A stretch of 64,000 nt of DNA from Candidatus Zixiibacteriota bacterium (GTDB taxonomy: Bacteria; RBG-13-66-14; B26-G2; WVWN01), in contig JASFLY010000012.1 of assembly GCA_050117845.1 (NCBI GenBank), forward strand, positions 1 through 64,000, in the 5' to 3' direction. Shown here piece after piece: positions 10,158 to 19,440 of the stretch (its first letter is position 1; each line of letters begins with the position of its first letter). Under the pieces are notes generated by a model, which was not told the origin of the DNA, made no database searches, and saw nothing but the letters and a program-made list of their open reading frames with translations. Both the position numbers and the translations under genes were made by a program.

Positions 10158-11266
10158 GGATGACGTCCCGCCCGGGGATCACGTTGCTGGCCGCGTCGGC
10201 GCTCGTTTACGCGGCGGCGGCGTTCGCCGACGTGGGATACTACATTAATAAGGGTCGCGCCCCCTATCCCGAGGCCGAGGAGGGCGAACCCGAAATCCGC
10301 ATGGCCGCGGAAGAAGTTACCATAACGATCCACGACCATAACGTAAACGTGGAGGCCAAGTTCGACTTCGTGAACGACGGCGACGAGCCGCGGACCGTCG
10401 GGATGTACTTCCCGCTGAACGTGGGGACACTCCAACTCACACCCGAGGCCGCCGAGATAATACATAACCCCAAGGAATACGAGTATACGTACGACGTCAC
10501 GGCCGAGGACGTAACGTCGAGCTTCCGGGTGGGAGTGGACGGCGTCACCGTCGACCATGAGTTGCGCGATATTTATTGCGACAGCGACGGCTTCTTCGAC
10601 GAGGTAAGCGGGAACGCGGTGTGGGAACTCGCGTTCGAAGCCGGCGAGACGAAGCGACTCGAATGCTCGTACGACTGCTATTACGGCGCCTCGTACATGC
10701 CGCGGGGGTGCCGGGAATACTTCTATATCGTTTATACCGGCGCCGATTGGAAAGGGCCCATAGGCCAAGGAGTCATTACGATAAGGCCGGGCGAGGGCTT
10801 CGACTGGAACCGGCCTCTCTACGCCCGGGGTGTCGCGATGCCGCCCATGCGCGTGGACGACGACCGCGTCGAGTGGCGATTCGACGATTTCGAACCGGTG
10901 ACGCCGGAGGTGGAATCCTACTCAGACCTCGGCGACGGCAGCGGCGTCGAAGTCGTCGTACCGTTCACAAGAGACTCCTATGCCGGGGAGGGACCCCCCC
11001 CCGAGGGTTACGGCGTAATACGGGGCGACGCCGTCGAAGACTTGCCCCTTTATCGCGAACCCTCGGACTCGGCGGAACCCGCGGACGGGTGGGGGTTTAT
11101 CGCGGAAGGGAACTCGGCCGAGATAGTAGAGCGGCGGGGCGAGTGGTACCGCGTGAAGGGCGTTTACGGCGACGGGACGACGGCCAAGGGGTGGACCCGG
11201 TGGTACGAATACGACGAGGGGACCGGCGAGGAACGCTTCTTTTTCGAATCCATTACGGGCTTCTAA
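10154..11266 (+). CDS. Exported DUF4424-like protein with C-terminal SH3-like domain
   Basis: Signal peptide; IRMAAEEV, Y...TGA.WKGPI; C-terminal GEWYRV...GW. Confidence 0.65.
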   Translation: MRMTSRPGITLLAASALVYAAAAFADVGYYINKGRAPYPEAEEGEPEIRMAAEEVTITIHDHNVNVEAKFDFVNDGDEPRTVGMYFPLNVGTLQLTPEAAEIIHNPKEYEYTYDVTAEDVTSSFRVGVDGVTVDHELRDIYCDSDGFFDEVSGNAVWELAFEAGETKRLECSYDCYYGASYMPRGCREYFYIVYTGADWKGPIGQGVITIRPGEGFDWNRPLYARGVAMPPMRVDDDRVEWRFDDFEPVTPEVESYSDLGDGSGVEVVVPFTRDSYAGEGPPPEGYGVIRGDAVEDLPLYREPSDSAEPADGWGFIAEGNSAEIVERRGEWYRVKGVYGDGTTAKGWTRWYEYDEGTGEERFFFESITGF

Positions 11267-11295
11267 TACGCCCGTTTTCCCAACTCCTCCGTATG

Positions 11296-11333
11296 AAATC
11301 GCCGCCTCTTTCGGGGCGGCGGTTTTGCTTTTT
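11296..11333 (+). terminator. Rho-independent terminator
   Basis: AAATCGCCGCCTC-tttc-GGGGCGGCGGTTT followed by a T-tract. Confidence 0.75.
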
Positions 11334-11357
11334 GATTCAACCCGGTCCGCGGGGTTA

Positions 11358-12434
11358 TCAGAGGAGTATTTCGAGTTTAACGAGTTGGATATTGAAGCTG
11401 TAATCCTGCTCGGAGAAACTCTCTTCCTTGTATTTGACGCCTCCTTCGAAACCGAGCGTTAGCGTTCCCGCGTCGAAGAAGCCGAAGGCCGCGACGCCCC
11501 GAGCCGTCCACGCGTAATAGTCGCTCAGGATTATCGTCCCCTCCTCGTTACGCAGGAACCGTTCGCCGTACGGCGTCGCGAAGGCCCAGCCTACCCGGTA
11601 GAAGCGGCCACTCAACTCGAACGGCCCTCGTTTCCAACCCAGGCCCGCCCAGAACGCGCTGTCCCGTTGGGCCTCCTCTTCCCTGTCTCCCCGGTCGATG
11701 GAGAGCGCGGCCTCGCCGGCGGCGAACAAGCCCCAACGGATATCCTGCCGGAAGTCGAGGGAGCCCACGCCGGCCTCGAGCTTGCGGCCGTCCGGCGGCG
11801 GCGAGCCGCTCCCGGAATCGAATCCGCCCTCGTGGACGCCGCCCAGGTTGGCGCCGACTTCCGTTACCTCCCAAGGCTTGTACGAGACCCGGCCCCCGCC
11901 GACGAAGGTCTCGAAGCGTTCCTCGCCCACGGTGGAGGTCCGGGCCAGGAACAGCTTACTCTCCGCCGGACCGGCGGTCAGGCGATAGCGGATGCCGGCT
12001 AGCTCGTCGTCGTAGTCGCGGCGGGTGAAGGTCAGGGGCGATACGGATTCGCGGAAGTGACCGAAGGTCCAGTGATGATGCTCGGTATCGACGGTCCCGC
12101 GGAGCCGCAGGTAGGCCTTGGGACCCGGGGCGCCCTCGGCGTCGTCGCCGAAGGGGTAGCTCGCTTTCCCGCCGGCCTGCACCAGTACGCCCTCCGCCGC
12201 GTGGAAGTCGGCGTAGAGGGTTAGGTCCGAGAAGAAATAGGAGAGTTCGTCCGGTTTGGGCAGGCGGACGGCCGAATATTCGGTATTGTCGAAGACGGCG
12301 CGGAATTCGCCGGAGAAGCCGAGTACGCCGTTCCACCAACGGACGTCCTCGAGCGGCCTCGCCGCAACCGCTCCGGCCAGCGATACCGCGGCAACTATCG
12401 CCCACAGGACGTTTCGCAGACGTTTATCTATTAT
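11358..12434 (-). CDS. Hypothetical outer-membrane beta-barrel protein (start uncertain, possibly ATA at 12434 or 12431)
   Basis: Signal peptide KRLRNVLWAIVAAVSLAGAVAA; aromatic-girdled amphipathic strands throughout. Confidence 0.65.
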   Translation of the reverse strand: MIDKRLRNVLWAIVAAVSLAGAVAARPLEDVRWWNGVLGFSGEFRAVFDNTEYSAVRLPKPDELSYFFSDLTLYADFHAAEGVLVQAGGKASYPFGDDAEGAPGPKAYLRLRGTVDTEHHHWTFGHFRESVSPLTFTRRDYDDELAGIRYRLTAGPAESKLFLARTSTVGEERFETFVGGGRVSYKPWEVTEVGANLGGVHEGGFDSGSGSPPPDGRKLEAGVGSLDFRQDIRWGLFAAGEAALSIDRGDREEEAQRDSAFWAGLGWKRGPFELSGRFYRVGWAFATPYGERFLRNEEGTIILSDYYAWTARGVAAFGFFDAGTLTLGFEGGVKYKEESFSEQDYSFNIQLVKLEILL

Positions 12435-13086
12435 CCTCGTCCCCTTCCCGGGAAACAGCGTCGCTTTCCAGGGCCAACCGTTCGGGGCCGGCGCCGAGTT
12501 CCGCCCGAGCCTCTTCCATGGCCCGGCGGAGGATTTTGATTTCCTCGGCGGCCTCGCCCGCCTCGACGGCCAGTATATCCCCGTCCACCGCGCCGCTCGC
12601 AAGCGCCAGCGTCGCGAGAGCGTTCTGCAAATCCTGCACGCGGGAGAACGTCCGTTCGGCCGCGGCGGCCGCTTTATCCGCGAGCGCCGCCGGCGCTTCG
12701 CCGCCGCCCGCCCGGGCGAGTTCCCGCGCCTCGGCCTCCTGCCGCAGATAGAAAACCACCGCGGCCGCGAGGCGGCCGGCGTCCTCGGCCGTTAAGGGCA
12801 GGCGCTCGGCCATGTCGCGGGGAAGTAGCGAGAGCCGGCGTTCGACGTCCCGGGCCGCGGCGATGGCGAGGTTGGCGAGCCTGCGTCGCCGGTAGGGCAG
12901 CTTGCCCACCTCGTCCACCGTTCCAGGCGGGAGGGCCTTGTTGCGGTGGCGCTGATAGGCCCAATATATGGAACCGCCGTAGAACGCGGCGCCCGCCGCC
13001 GTCGCCACGGGGAAAAACGGCAGGAAGACGAGGCTGACCAGGAATATCGGAAGGCCGATAGGCCGGAGTATTATTTTCCAATCCAT
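12424..13086 (-). CDS. Membrane-anchored helical protein in the pspA operon
   Basis: Two N-terminal hydrophobic segments followed by Ala/Glu/Arg-rich helices; 9 bp downstream of pspA. Confidence 0.75.
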   Translation of the reverse strand: MDWKIILRPIGLPIFLVSLVFLPFFPVATAAGAAFYGGSIYWAYQRHRNKALPPGTVDEVGKLPYRRRRLANLAIAAARDVERRLSLLPRDMAERLPLTAEDAGRLAAAVVFYLRQEAEARELARAGGGEAPAALADKAAAAAERTFSRVQDLQNALATLALASGAVDGDILAVEAGEAAEEIKILRRAMEEARAELGAGPERLALESDAVSREGDEDNR

Positions 13087-13095
13087 GAGTTCGGG

Positions 13096-13899
13096 TTACG
13101 CGTACGGCGGCGTTTCCTCTTTAGAGCCCTCCTCGCTTTCCTCGTCGGCGGTTTTCTCGGGGAGCGCTTCGATTTCCTCAATGGCGTCATCGGCGTCCGG
13201 CAACGCGGCCGTGGCTTCCCCCGCGGCGAGCGCGAGGCCCAGCGACGCCTTGAGGGCGTGCAGTTCGCTGTCTACGTCGCCGGCTTCGAGTTTCTTGAAT
13301 TCGTCCTCGAGGTCCTTGGTCCCGGCGATGGCCGCAACTTCGGCCTCGGCCTCGGTCGTCGCTTCGAGCTGTTCCACCTTATCCTCGACGCGAGCGAACG
13401 CCTCGAAGGCGCTCTTATCGTCGATGGCGGAGACAGCGCGGTTTATGGTCTGGGCGGCCTCGGTGCGTTTCTTGCGGGCGATAAGCAGTTCCTTCTTGCG
13501 GGCGGCTTCGTCTATCTTGAGGTCCAGAGCCACAAGACCCTGCTTCAAGCGCTCGACCAGAATACTCTGTTGCTCGAGTTGAGTCAGGTATTCGGTAGCG
13601 GCGGTGGCGTTCTCCTGTTTCCGCAGGAGGGCTTCCCGGGCCAGGTCCTCCCGGCCTTTTTGCAAAGCCAGGACGGCCCGGCGCTGCCAGTCGTCCGCGG
13701 CGGCCTTGGCCTTACGGTACTTGGCCTCCAGACGTTTCTCGTCCGCGACGGCGACGGTGACCTGGCGTTGGGCTTCCCGGTACTGCTCGCGCATATCGGC
13801 CATAATCTGCTCGAGCATCGTTTCCGGGTCCTCGGCCGACGAGAGCAACGCGTTCAAGTTCGCCTGTATTACCTTTCCTATACGTTCCAGTATACCCAT
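13096..13899 (-). CDS. pspA: PspA/IM30 (Vipp1, ESCRT-III superfamily) protein
   Basis: MGILERI...ANLNALL..AEDPE.MLEQ, AL..GREDLAREAL, F.R.EDKV...EA, VDSEL.ALKA. Has an acidic C-terminal extension. Confidence 0.93.
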   Translation of the reverse strand: MGILERIGKVIQANLNALLSSAEDPETMLEQIMADMREQYREAQRQVTVAVADEKRLEAKYRKAKAAADDWQRRAVLALQKGREDLAREALLRKQENATAATEYLTQLEQQSILVERLKQGLVALDLKIDEAARKKELLIARKKRTEAAQTINRAVSAIDDKSAFEAFARVEDKVEQLEATTEAEAEVAAIAGTKDLEDEFKKLEAGDVDSELHALKASLGLALAAGEATAALPDADDAIEEIEALPEKTADEESEEGSKEETPPYA

Positions 13900-13912
13900 G
13901 CGGCGTTCCTCC

Positions 13913-14305
13913 TCACTTCAAGCCGAGTTCTTTTAATCGGGGTAAAATCGTGGCCGCGGCGAAGGCCATGCCGTCGATGGACGCCTGGAGCTCGACGGCG
14001 TCCATATATTCCGCCTCCAACGTGTCGACCGCGACGATGGCATCGTTCTCCAGGCCGAAGGCGCCGTGCACGACGTCGCGCGCGTTGGCCTCGAGGAGGG
14101 CCCGAAAAACTTTCGCCTCATCCATCCCTTCGGCCACGTCGGCCACCTTCAAGCGCATTACGACGAGCGGCGGGCTGTAGCTGACGACGACCTTGCCGAA
14201 GCCGCCCTGCTCCGAGATGTCGACGAGCCACATCTGCGGCCCCAGCATCTCGTAGTCGTAATCGAGTTCCTCGAAGTACCTCTCTACGTCTCGCTCGTTC
14301 GCCAT
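13913..14305 (-). CDS. YbjN/CesT (T3SS-chaperone-like) protein
   Basis: About 130 aa and acidic, with LLEANA..VHGAFGL motif. ATG at 14305 has RBS GGAGG. Confidence 0.75.
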   Translation of the reverse strand: MANERDVERYFEELDYDYEMLGPQMWLVDISEQGGFGKVVVSYSPPLVVMRLKVADVAEGMDEAKVFRALLEANARDVVHGAFGLENDAIVAVDTLEAEYMDAVELQASIDGMAFAAATILPRLKELGLK

Positions 14306-14343
14306 CCGCAACACCTCCGGCGCCCGCGGCCGGGCGCGTTTCG

Positions 14344-15084
14344 CTACTTCTCCTGGGCCTCTCCCGTCATCGGGACGAAGAGTACGGGCTCGAGGTCTTC
14401 TTCATCGTAGTCGTCGCCCCGTCGGGTGTAACGTTTTAACATCTGGGGATATTGGCCGCCGAGGGGTAGCACCAACCGGCCACCTTCGTCCAACTGCTCG
14501 AGGAGGGCCGGCGGCACGTGGTCGGGGGCGCAGGTCACGATGATAGCGTCAAAGGGCGCTTCCTCCGGCCACCCGGCGTAACCGTCGCCGATATGGACAT
14601 GGACGTTGTCGTAGCCCAAGCGCTCGAGCGTTTCGCGAGCGCTTTCCCCCAGCGATTCCACTATCTCAATCGTGTAGACCTCGGCCGCTATTTCGGCCAG
14701 GATCCCGGCCTGATAACCCGAGCCGGTCCCGATCTCGAGGACGCGGTCGTCCGCCTCGAGCTGAAGGGCCTCGGTCATGTAGGCTACGATGTAGGGCTGG
14801 GATATGGTCTGGCCTTCGCCGATGGGGAGCGGGTTATCCTCGAAAGCCCGCGAACGGAGATTCTCCGGGATAAATTCCCAGCGCGGCACCTTCCGCATGG
14901 CGTCGAGGGTCGCGGGGTCGGAAATCCCCCGGCCCTCTATCTGGCTGTCTACCATCGCGTTCAGGCGTCGTTCCATTTCGGCCTCGTCCGTCACCGGCCT
15001 TTCTTCTTCCTCCTCGGCCCGGCCGCAAGCGGCGGCGCACAACAGCGCCAGGCCGAAAACCGTCGCCCGATATCCCCGCAACAT
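14344..15084 (-). CDS. pcm: Protein-L-isoaspartate O-methyltransferase with an N-terminal lipoprotein-like signal
   Basis: GQTISQP, VLEIGTGSGYQA, GDG..GWPE.APFDAI, FVPM. Confidence 0.93.
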   Translation of the reverse strand: MLRGYRATVFGLALLCAAACGRAEEEEERPVTDEAEMERRLNAMVDSQIEGRGISDPATLDAMRKVPRWEFIPENLRSRAFEDNPLPIGEGQTISQPYIVAYMTEALQLEADDRVLEIGTGSGYQAGILAEIAAEVYTIEIVESLGESARETLERLGYDNVHVHIGDGYAGWPEEAPFDAIIVTCAPDHVPPALLEQLDEGGRLVLPLGGQYPQMLKRYTRRGDDYDEEDLEPVLFVPMTGEAQEK

Positions 15085-15107
15085 ACCATCACCCCGTCGC
15101 CCTTAAC

Positions 15108-15815
15108 TCATAACATGCGAACGTCGTTGATGACCAGACCGAAATTGCAACCCAGATGCCGAGCTGCCCGGCGGCACATTATCATCCGCGACAGGAAGGT
15201 TTCGAAATATTCCATGACCTGCGATATGGAAGTGTCTATCTCGACCTTTAGCGTTATGACCTTGGCCTCGGCGTCGACTTCCACCTTACCGCCCTTGGCC
15301 GCGTAGTTCACGCGGTCGTGGACGTCGAAGGAGATCATCGACGGGTTGCGAACGCGGTCGCGCCGGACGTCGGCCTTGTCGGCGAGGGTTAACGCCGCGC
15401 TAATCGCACTCACCGGTTCGCCGTTGCCCTCGTCGTGATTGCCGATAGCGGTCATCACCTGCAGGACCTCGGCCAGATCCATCCCGAGCCGTAGAAGGAT
15501 CGAGTGGCACAGGACGGCCGAAATCATCTCGTGGTTCTCCCGGTTCACGGTATTGCCGATGTCGTGGAGGTACCCCGCGATGGCGGCCAGTTCGGCCCGA
15601 CGGCCCTTGTAGCCCAACGCCTCCAGGATAGCCCGGGCGCCCTCCGCGACGAGGCGGGCGTGCTTGGCGCCGTGTTCGGTGTACCCGAGCACGCCCAACA
15701 CACGGTCGGCCTCCGCGAGGTAAGCGGCGACCTCCCCGTCCGCGGCAAGCGTCGCGAGCGTTACTTCGCCGGATTCGCCGGCCGGAAGATCCCCTTCTTG
15801 AGATTCGGTATCCAC
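15108..15815 (-). CDS. HD-domain phosphohydrolase
   Basis: GYTEHG..H, YLHDIG, IGNHDE, ADKAD. Start re-called to GTG 15815 (or TTG 15821), downstream of yajC. Confidence 0.85.
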   Translation of the reverse strand: MDTESQEGDLPAGESGEVTLATLAADGEVAAYLAEADRVLGVLGYTEHGAKHARLVAEGARAILEALGYKGRRAELAAIAGYLHDIGNTVNRENHEMISAVLCHSILLRLGMDLAEVLQVMTAIGNHDEGNGEPVSAISAALTLADKADVRRDRVRNPSMISFDVHDRVNYAAKGGKVEVDAEAKVITLKVEIDTSISQVMEYFETFLSRMIMCRRAARHLGCNFGLVINDVRML

Positions 15816-15828
15816 GTTCAAGGTCCGG

Positions 15829-16263
15829 TTAACGGCTACGAGGACGCTTCGGTTCCTTGGCGGCCGATTTATCGTCGGCCTTGGCCGATTTGGCGTCGGC
15901 CGCGCCGGGCGCGAGTTCCTCGCCGGGCGGCGCCGCGGCTTCGATTTTGGCGAGCGCGACTTCGATGTCGACGCCCTTGGCAATGGTAATCGACAGCATC
16001 TTCTCTTTCTCGTGTACCTTCGAGACGGTCCCGCGGATGCCGCCGGCGGTTATGACCCTGTAACCCTTCTTGACCGAGGCCAGCATCTCCTTCTTGCGCT
16101 TTTCGGCGCGCTGCTGCGGCCTTATCATAAGGAAGTAGAAGACGACCATTATGAGCAGGAGCGGGATAATGATGGAAAAACCGCCGCCGCCGCCCTCTTC
16201 GCCGCCACCGCCGCCCAGGCCACCCATGGCGTGAGCCTGCGATGCTATAAAGAATAAAAACAA
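15829..16263 (-). CDS. yajC: Preprotein translocase subunit YajC
   Basis: FYFLMIRPQQR...M...VKKG.RVITAGGI.G.V. Confidence 0.93.
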   Translation of the reverse strand: MFLFFIASQAHAMGGLGGGGGEEGGGGGFSIIIPLLLIMVVFYFLMIRPQQRAEKRKKEMLASVKKGYRVITAGGIRGTVSKVHEKEKMLSITIAKGVDIEVALAKIEAAAPPGEELAPGAADAKSAKADDKSAAKEPKRPRSR

Positions 16264-16287
16264 CTTGCCACCTCTTCCCGTTCGCGG

Positions 16288-17397
16288 CTAAACGTCCACC
16301 GCATCTTCGTACTTGATTAGGTTCCGGGAGAGGTCGGCGTGCCGCTCGAACGCGAGGTCGACCAGGCGCTCGATGAGTTTGCCGTACGGCAATCCTCCGA
16401 CCTCCCACAACTTCGGATACATGCTTATGGGGGTGAACCCCGGTATGGTGTTCAATTCGTTGACCAGGAGGATGTCCCGGTCGGGGATGTAGAAGAAATC
16501 CACGCGGGCCATGCCGGCGCAGCCGTGGCTCACGAAGGCCCGCACCGCCAACTCCTGCACACGACGGCTGAGGTCCTCGTCCACGGCCGCGGGGGCGATG
16601 AGTTCGGCGTCGTCGGCCACGTACTTCGAGCGGTAATCGTAGAACTCGGCGGCCGGGATAACCTCGCCGACGGGCGAGGCCTCCGGGGCGTCGTAGCCCA
16701 GGACCGCACATTCAAACTCGCGGGCGTTGACCGCCTGTTCGCAGAGAATCTTGGCGTCGTAGCGGCCGGCGTCGGCCAGCGCGGCCTTGAGCGAGTCGCG
16801 GTCCTTGACCTTGTGGATGCCGATGCTCGAGCCCAGGTTGGCGGGTTTGACGAAAATGGGATACCGGAGCCGTTGTTCGACCTCGAGCGTTACCCGGTCC
16901 GCCTCCTTCTCGAAGCGTTTACGCGGGACGGCGAAGTAGTCCACGGTCGATATACCGTTCGCCCGCAGCATGTTCTTCGACATCTCCTTGTCCATCGCGA
17001 GCGCCGCGGCCAGCGGCCCCGAACCCACGTAGGGCATGGCCGCTAGCTCGAGCAGGCCCTGCAAGGTCCCGTCCTCGCCGTAGGGGCCGTGCAGGAGCGG
17101 GAATATTACGTCGGCCTCCAACTCGTCGCCGTCGTCGCGGACCATGAAAGCCCGGCGGCCGGGGTCGGCCACGGGGGTATAGGCCGGGTCGTCGTCGCTC
17201 GGCCGCGCCACGCCCTGCATGAAGCCGGCCCAGAAGTACCAGCGCCCCTCGGCCGATATGTACACCGGGAGGACGTCGAACTTCTTGCCGTCCACCGCGG
17301 CCATCATCGACCGGGCGGAGATTATGGAAACTTCGTGCTCGCCCGAACGTCCGCCGAACAGGACCGCCAGTCTCACCTTTTCGTTTTTAGCCGCCAC
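16288..17397 (-). CDS. ddl: D-alanine--D-alanine ligase
   Basis: FGGRSGEHEVS, LHGPYGEDG, KPANLGSSIG, FYDY..KY, NELNTIPGFT. Start re-called to GTG 17397. Confidence 0.95.
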   Translation of the reverse strand: MAAKNEKVRLAVLFGGRSGEHEVSIISARSMMAAVDGKKFDVLPVYISAEGRWYFWAGFMQGVARPSDDDPAYTPVADPGRRAFMVRDDGDELEADVIFPLLHGPYGEDGTLQGLLELAAMPYVGSGPLAAALAMDKEMSKNMLRANGISTVDYFAVPRKRFEKEADRVTLEVEQRLRYPIFVKPANLGSSIGIHKVKDRDSLKAALADAGRYDAKILCEQAVNAREFECAVLGYDAPEASPVGEVIPAAEFYDYRSKYVADDAELIAPAAVDEDLSRRVQELAVRAFVSHGCAGMARVDFFYIPDRDILLVNELNTIPGFTPISMYPKLWEVGGLPYGKLIERLVDLAFERHADLSRNLIKYEDAVDV

Positions 17398-17441
17398 CGC
17401 TCTCACCTGCTCTCGATACTCGATTGGTGATATATTATTAT

Positions 17442-18335
17442 TTAACTCTGGTCCGCCGGCTTCCGCGTTACGGTTTCGCGCAACTTGGCGGCGATTCCCC
17501 GCCACGCCTCCGCCGCCGCGCTCCGGGGCTGGCCGACCAGGACCGGCTTCCCCTCGTCCGCGGAGGAGACGACGTCCGGGTCGAAGGGAACGGATCCGAG
17601 GAAAGGAACGCCGAACTCGGCCGCGACGCGCTCGCCGCCGCCGCCGCCGAAGAGCCGTATCTCCTCGCCACACTTCGGACAGCTGAGCGGCCCCATGTTC
17701 TCGACGACGCCAAGGATGGGTATGCCGACCTTGGCGGCGAAAGTGAGGCTCTTGCGGGCCGAGGCCACCGCCGCGGCCTGCGGCGTCGTTACCATTATAA
17801 GGCCGTCGACGTCCTTTATCCGTTGCGTGAGCGACAATATCTCGTCGCCGGTGCCGGGGGGCGTATCGGCCACGAGCCAGTCGAGTTCGCCCCAGTTGAT
17901 GTCGGCGAGGAAATTGTCGATCATCGCCATCTTCAAGGGGCCGCGCCATATAACGGCGTCGGACTCACCGGCCAACAGAAACGCCATACTCATCACGACG
18001 AGCTTGTCGCTGTAAGCTTCGGGGTAGATGCCCGACTCGTCGCCGGTGGGCTTTACGTCGGCCATACCGAGCATGAGCGGTACGCCCGGGCCGTGGATGT
18101 CGGCGTCGAGCAGGCCCACCTTGTCGCCGGCGTCGGTCAACGCGAGGGACAGATTCACCGCGGCGGTGGTCTTCCCCACGCCGCCCTTGCCCGAGGCCAC
18201 GAGGATCTTGTGACGGATGAGGCCCATCCTCATGGTAATTTTACGCTCGGTCTCGACGCGTTGCTTGAAGCGGTCGAGTTTCTCCCGCTCTTCGGGAGAC
18301 AGATCTTTATCTTCAGGAGTGTTGTCTTTCGCCAT
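17442..18335 (-). CDS. Mrp/NBP35 (ApbC) Fe-S carrier ATPase
   Basis: SGKGGVGKT, DADIHGP, WRGP, DTPPGTGD, VENM...CPKC. Confidence 0.93.
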   Translation of the reverse strand: MAKDNTPEDKDLSPEEREKLDRFKQRVETERKITMRMGLIRHKILVASGKGGVGKTTAAVNLSLALTDAGDKVGLLDADIHGPGVPLMLGMADVKPTGDESGIYPEAYSDKLVVMSMAFLLAGESDAVIWRGPLKMAMIDNFLADINWGELDWLVADTPPGTGDEILSLTQRIKDVDGLIMVTTPQAAAVASARKSLTFAAKVGIPILGVVENMGPLSCPKCGEEIRLFGGGGGERVAAEFGVPFLGSVPFDPDVVSSADEGKPVLVGQPRSAAAEAWRGIAAKLRETVTRKPADQS

Positions 18336-18350
18336 TTCTCCTCCGGAATA

Positions 18351-19427
18351 TTAAGACAGTATGTTGATCGGCGCGGGGATGAAGGTCAGGATCGCGATGG
18401 CGAACGCGGCCCATCCCACGACGCGCCGCCAGGGCGTCAGCGGCGCCGCGTCGTCTATCGGCGGCGGGTGCTTCAGCCGGACGAATAGTATAATTAAAAA
18501 CGCCCAGAAAAACCACCCGGTCCATAAAAAACCGAGCGGGATCAGGAGGGCGAAGGCGCCCCGGGCCACCCAGATGCTGTGCTTGCCGAACATGGCGTAC
18601 GAGATATGGCCGCCGTCCAGCTGGCCGATGGGCAGCATGTTTACCGACGTCACCCACAGGCCGATCCAACCGGCGAGGGCCAGCGGGTGCAAGGTAACGT
18701 CGAGGCCGCCCATGGGCCCCTTGACCGCGTACGTCAACAGCTTGAAAATTAGCGAGTCCCCCAGGATAAGGGTCCCGGCCGCCGCGGCCCCCGGGTCCAC
18801 CGGCGTGGATAAGTAGAGGCCAATAATCGTCAGCGGCAGCGCGACCAGGAAGCCGGCGATGGGGCCGGCGGCGCCGATGTCGAGAAGGGCCCGGCGATTC
18901 GGTATGGGCGACTCCATTTTGATCACGGCGCCGAAGGTCCCGAGTAATGGATGCGGCACAGGCAGGAAGTACGGCAGCGTGGCCCGGACGCGGTGGCGCA
19001 TCGACGCGAAGAAGTGCGCCATCTCGTGACAGAGTAGGATGCCTATAATGGACGCCGAGAACGGAACGCCCAAAAGCCAGTCCCGGGCGTGCAGGAGGTT
19101 GCCGCCACGCTGCCAACTGCCCGCCGCCAGCGTCGTCCCGATGGTCGCGAGTAGAAGCCCCGCGTTAATCAGAACGCGCCAGCGCGGCTTCTTGAGCGGC
19201 TTGGGACTGACTTCCACGAGCCACTTGCCGTCATCCAGCGGCGTCGCCGTCGTATAGTAGCCCAGTTGACCGAGGTTCCGGGCGAGTATGTCGGCCCCGC
19301 CGCTCTCACGGTAACGCCCGACGAGCGCCACGCCGGGCGGCCGGCCGTAGTACTTCTCCACGTCGAAGAAGGGGGCGACCTCTTCCAGCACGTTACGCAG
19401 TATTACGTCAAGCGGGCGCGGCGTCAT
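18351..19427 (-). CDS. Site-2 (M50) intramembrane metalloprotease
   Basis: HEMAH, GTFGA, AGPIAG, NMLPIGQLDGGH. Confidence 0.92.
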   Translation of the reverse strand: MTPRPLDVILRNVLEEVAPFFDVEKYYGRPPGVALVGRYRESGGADILARNLGQLGYYTTATPLDDGKWLVEVSPKPLKKPRWRVLINAGLLLATIGTTLAAGSWQRGGNLLHARDWLLGVPFSASIIGILLCHEMAHFFASMRHRVRATLPYFLPVPHPLLGTFGAVIKMESPIPNRRALLDIGAAGPIAGFLVALPLTIIGLYLSTPVDPGAAAAGTLILGDSLIFKLLTYAVKGPMGGLDVTLHPLALAGWIGLWVTSVNMLPIGQLDGGHISYAMFGKHSIWVARGAFALLIPLGFLWTGWFFWAFLIILFVRLKHPPPIDDAAPLTPWRRVVGWAAFAIAILTFIPAPINILS

Positions 19428-19440
19428 AAGGCGGATAGGC

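Noticed and set aside
16288..17949. N-terminally extended Ddl (similar extensions in the ORF track for the HD protein, GT4, ferredoxin, rSAM and the lipoprotein at 59930)
   Set aside because: The extensions overlap upstream genes or a tRNA; downstream starts give normal-length proteins.
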